From Macrostomum lignano (Eukaryota), in assembly GCA_002269645.1 (NCBI GenBank), contig NIVC01000573.1, positions 434,001 to 498,000 of the forward strand: a DNA stretch of 64,000 nucleotides, read 5' to 3'. A program made the position numbers and the translations under genes. Under the pieces are notes generated by a model, which ran no database searches, was not told the origin of the DNA, and saw only the letters and a program-made list of their open reading frames with translations. Positions 61,190 through 64,000 of the stretch are shown here, piece after piece. The number at the start of each line of letters is the position of its first letter. Position 1 is the stretch's first letter.

Positions 61190-61549
61190 CTGAGCCTCCA
61201 GCTCGGCCAGACCCTGGCCAGCATGCACGCGGCGAACATCGTCCACGGCGACCTGACCACCTCCAACATGCTGCTCACCCTGGCGCCCGACAGCGGCGCT
61301 GAGCTGCCCGACTGGAACAGCCTGGCGATGATCGACTTCGGCCTGTCCTTCGTGTCCGCCGAGGTCGAGGACAAGGCCGTGGACCTGTACGTGCTGGAGC
61401 GCGCCTTCATCAGCTCGCATCCCAACACCGAGGCGCAGTTTGCCGCGGTGCTGGACACCTACAGGCGGCTGAGCAAGCAGGGCAAGATTGTGCTCAGGAA
61501 GCTGGATGAGGTGCGAGCCAGGGGCCGGAAGCGGCTCATGATTGGCTGA
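61190..61549 (+). CDS. TP53RK: TP53RK/Bud32 exon 2
   Basis: [30 protein letters not shown] and C-terminal RGRKR. Acceptor CCCTCCAACCCGCACCGCAG|CTG at 61190 gives native spacing; an in-frame alternative at 61148 adds 14 aa. AATAAA near 61653. Confidence 0.93.
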   Translation: MSLQLGQTLASMHAANIVHGDLTTSNMLLTLAPDSGAELPDWNSLAMIDFGLSFVSAEVEDKAVDLYVLERAFISSHPNTEAQFAAVLDTYRRLSKQGKIVLRKLDEVRARGRKRLMIG

Positions 61550-62231
61550 TGATGCAGTCTTATGCTTTCTTAGAATATTTCTAGTTGTCAATGTGCCATA
61601 AATCATAAGTTTTGCTTGTTGCCAGTGCCGGCCAATCAGACCAGTCATGCTGAATAAATGCAGCCAGCTGTGTCGTCAGGCAGCTGTGATGGGGCTGTAA
61701 AGTTCCAAGTTAATAAATACAATTATAGACCAACTGTGTGCAATTTCTGGTCCAGTTCATTTGAATTGCAAGTGCAATAAGTTTCAATAAGCTGTATAGC
61801 ATTTGCGGCTTTTCTAAATCATGTACACGTGCCATTTGGCCATAGACTATAGCTGCATGTGCAAGCATACAGATCACTAAGCCAGCCAGAGGCATTCAGT
61901 TTTGTCTATGGTCTAATCCCCACGGTCAGACCTGTACCATATCAAAGGATCGAAAGCATGATGGCTTGCGCCTACTCATTTGTTATTTAGTAAGTAGCAT
62001 ATAGCGCATTTACGTGTAGAAGGCATTAAAAGGTTAATTAAAGTGCAAGTATTGCTTTTTTCATAATATGTTGAATAGGGGACATTCGAAACGGAACGGC
62101 CCATAGAGTTCTATGGCCTAGCGTTTGAATCAACTCGAGACAGCAAGCATAGACAACTAAATTAGTCATTCAATATGTAACGATAAGCAGAAATAGAAGG
62201 AACGATTTGAGCTTTTTAAAGAGGTTTGCTC

Positions 62232-62445
62232 TTTACGGTCAAACTTGCTACCAAGGGGGACGGATGTGCGCCAAATGCACCAGCTGAGTCGAAAGAAGCG
62301 AATACGCTAACTTCATGTTCCACTTAGCTCCAGAAGTTCACACCGTCTACTTAGACGAGACCGGTTTCAACTTGTGGACCTGGAGGTTCGTGGACACCCA
62401 TTAAAGCGCAGAGGGGTCCTAACGTTATGGTTTGCATAGTTTAAC
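62232..62445 (+). mobile_element. Relic of an IS630/Tc1/mariner DDE transposase (frameshifted, internally deleted)
   Basis: Translates to FTVKLA...RSEYANFMFHLAPEVHTVYLDETGFNLWT (first catalytic Asp motif) and, in another frame shortly after, QRGPNVMVCI. Confidence 0.7.
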
Positions 62446-62773
62446 AATGGTACATACTGCTTCCTATTGGCCGACACTGAGGTCGTAATATCCTCAGCTT
62501 TGCTTGATTTTCATTGGTTGATAATTCACTCAAACCTGAATGGAAACTTTAGGGCCGAAAATAGATCACTTCAGTAGTTTATAATCGAATTTAATAGAAT
62601 TTACACAGGCCTGATTTGGCTAACATCCGCAAGAGTATCACGCATTCCCGTTTTCACCATAGATAATTCTTGCAGTTGCTGTCTCTCAGCCTTTCTAATT
62701 AAAAATACACGCACGAGTAAAATTGGATAAAAAACATCAGTTGTAAAATTGAACGCGCTCTCAGCAAGGCGCC

Positions 62774-63085
62774 ATGCCCAAAAGAAAACCAACACTGAAG
62801 GCTGCTGCTGCCAGCGGGAGCCAACAACCAACTGCGGCTGCTGCCTGCCAGCCGCTGAGTATTCGCTGCACCTGCAAGTCCTGCTCCTACTATGCCAATG
62901 TAACCTCGCGCATTGACAGGCGCCTGGTAACCAGAAACGCACGGCCTGCAGCTGGAAGCGGCAGGTGCGCGGTCTGCTGCCCCAGGCTGCTGGCAGCCAG
63001 CATTCAGGAGGCCGAGGCCGAGTGGCAACGCGCTCGGCGATGCGCTGAACTGCGAAAACTCCGGCGGCTGGTCTGGACTATGCGG
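62774..63085 (+). CDS. Putative first coding exon of an unidentified Cys-rich protein (MPKRK...CTCKSC...CAVCC...)
   Basis: ATG in GCGCCATGC context, locally GC-rich, donor CGG|GTGAGG at 63085; the unspliced ORF ends at 63148. No family recognised. Confidence 0.45.
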
Positions 63086-63227
63086 GTGAGGGAAGCTGGT
63101 CGAACTGGTTGTACTTTCTGCGAGCAATGTACTTTTAAAACATCGTGAAAACCAATCAGGCCACGCCAATTTGCTCAAATCAATGTACAGTTAACAGTAG
63201 GAATACCAAGTCATTTGTCCGCCCGTC

Positions 63228-63835
63228 GAACTAGCAAGAGGGGGGAATCCCCCCCGGAAGATTTTTTTTTGCTGCGCCAAAACGGAGCAACGCAGGCACA
63301 CGAAATTCAATAACACGTCCTAATTTTTTGTTGCGCACCTTCTCAAACAAGAATCAAGTCGCCAACCCTCCGGACCGTCGAGATATACGACGATTCTGCC
63401 AGAAGGTCGGATTTTTCAGTACACCCCTGTGTGTATTCAGTACACCCCTGTGCGCCTATCAGCACTGCGCCTCAGTGCAGCTTTGCCAAGCCTCAAAATT
63501 TCATCAGCAAGTCGACCACATTTACATGTATCTGCATCAGCTCTGACTTCGTTGGTCACTGGCCTTCACCCAGGCGGAGCTTCTGGACCTTCAACAGGTG
63601 GCACCAGGTGACCAGGAACACCTTGATGCGAATTTCTCGAGCTTCGCTGATCAAGCCTCGACTGCTGGACATCCTCAGCGAGTCTCCCAAGCATTTAGTT
63701 ATCACTCGGACGCCGTCGACAACTTCAAGAAGACAAAACCAGCCCGTGTTCTTGAATTTCGTGTGGCCTGCGTTGCTCCGTTCCAGAGCAGCAAGAATCG
63801 TCACGGGGGGGGGGAATTCCCCCTCTTGGTGGTTC
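63228..63835. mobile_element. MITE-like element with long imperfect TIRs
   Basis: Left GAACTAGCAAGAGGGGGGAATCCCCCC...CGGAGCAACGCAGGCACACGAAATTCAA is mirrored by right TTGAATTTCGTGTGGCCTGCGTTGCTCCG...GGGGGAATTCCCCCTCTTGGTGGTTC. No clear TSD. Confidence 0.7.
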
Positions 63836-64000
63836 TACTGTTAATTCAGAGCCTTAATTTTTAAATTGGTTTGAACAATATGTGACCTCGCGAAGCTACT
63901 GACGACAGTGTGAACCGGTGAGACGAATTGTACAAGAGTAGATAAGGTAAACATGAGATAAGAATTGAGGTGGGTGAATGGGGACGGCATAAAAAATCAA

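Noticed and set aside
62850-62905. Minus-strand Rossmann-like motif IGIVGAGLAG
   Set aside because: No acidic residue at the end of the expected second strand and no downstream FAD-enzyme motifs; the plus-strand frame has the better start, codon bias and donor.

Overview
Eukaryotic (animal) genomic DNA, with no support for rRNA, tRNA or CRISPR. GC-rich, Ala/Gln-homopolymer-rich exons are separated by introns and spacers that almost all carry their own private minisatellite. This style is consistent with a repeat-rich flatworm such as Macrostomum (inference only). Genes supported from the sequence: (i) partial low-complexity coding exons at 1-1162 and 5547-6243; (ii) a ~1211-aa single-ORF gene at 18229-21864 fusing a stonustoxin-like MACPF pore-forming module, FN3, an AIG1/septin-like P-loop GTPase and a Cys/His-rich domain; (iii) a minus-strand basonuclin/disconnected zinc-finger gene with at least 5 exons (25163-31918); (iv) a 6-exon synaptobrevin/VAMP (54815-58625); (v) a 2-exon TP53RK/Bud32 (60615-61549); (vi) a possible Cys-rich first exon at 62774. 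Repeats include a six-copy ~1.2-1.8 kb array with ABC-ABC higher-order structure, a ~9 kb 32-bp satellite with an internal ~4.3 kb duplication, a Mutator-type foldback element with a perfect 9-bp TSD, several MITEs, a Tc1/IS630 transposase relic and about 20 mini/microsatellites. Most interesting: the pore-former/GTPase fusion flanked on both sides by one minisatellite family, and an intron whose first ~480 bp are 18 tandem copies of its own 5' splice site. All splice models and coordinates were derived by eye; no database search was run.
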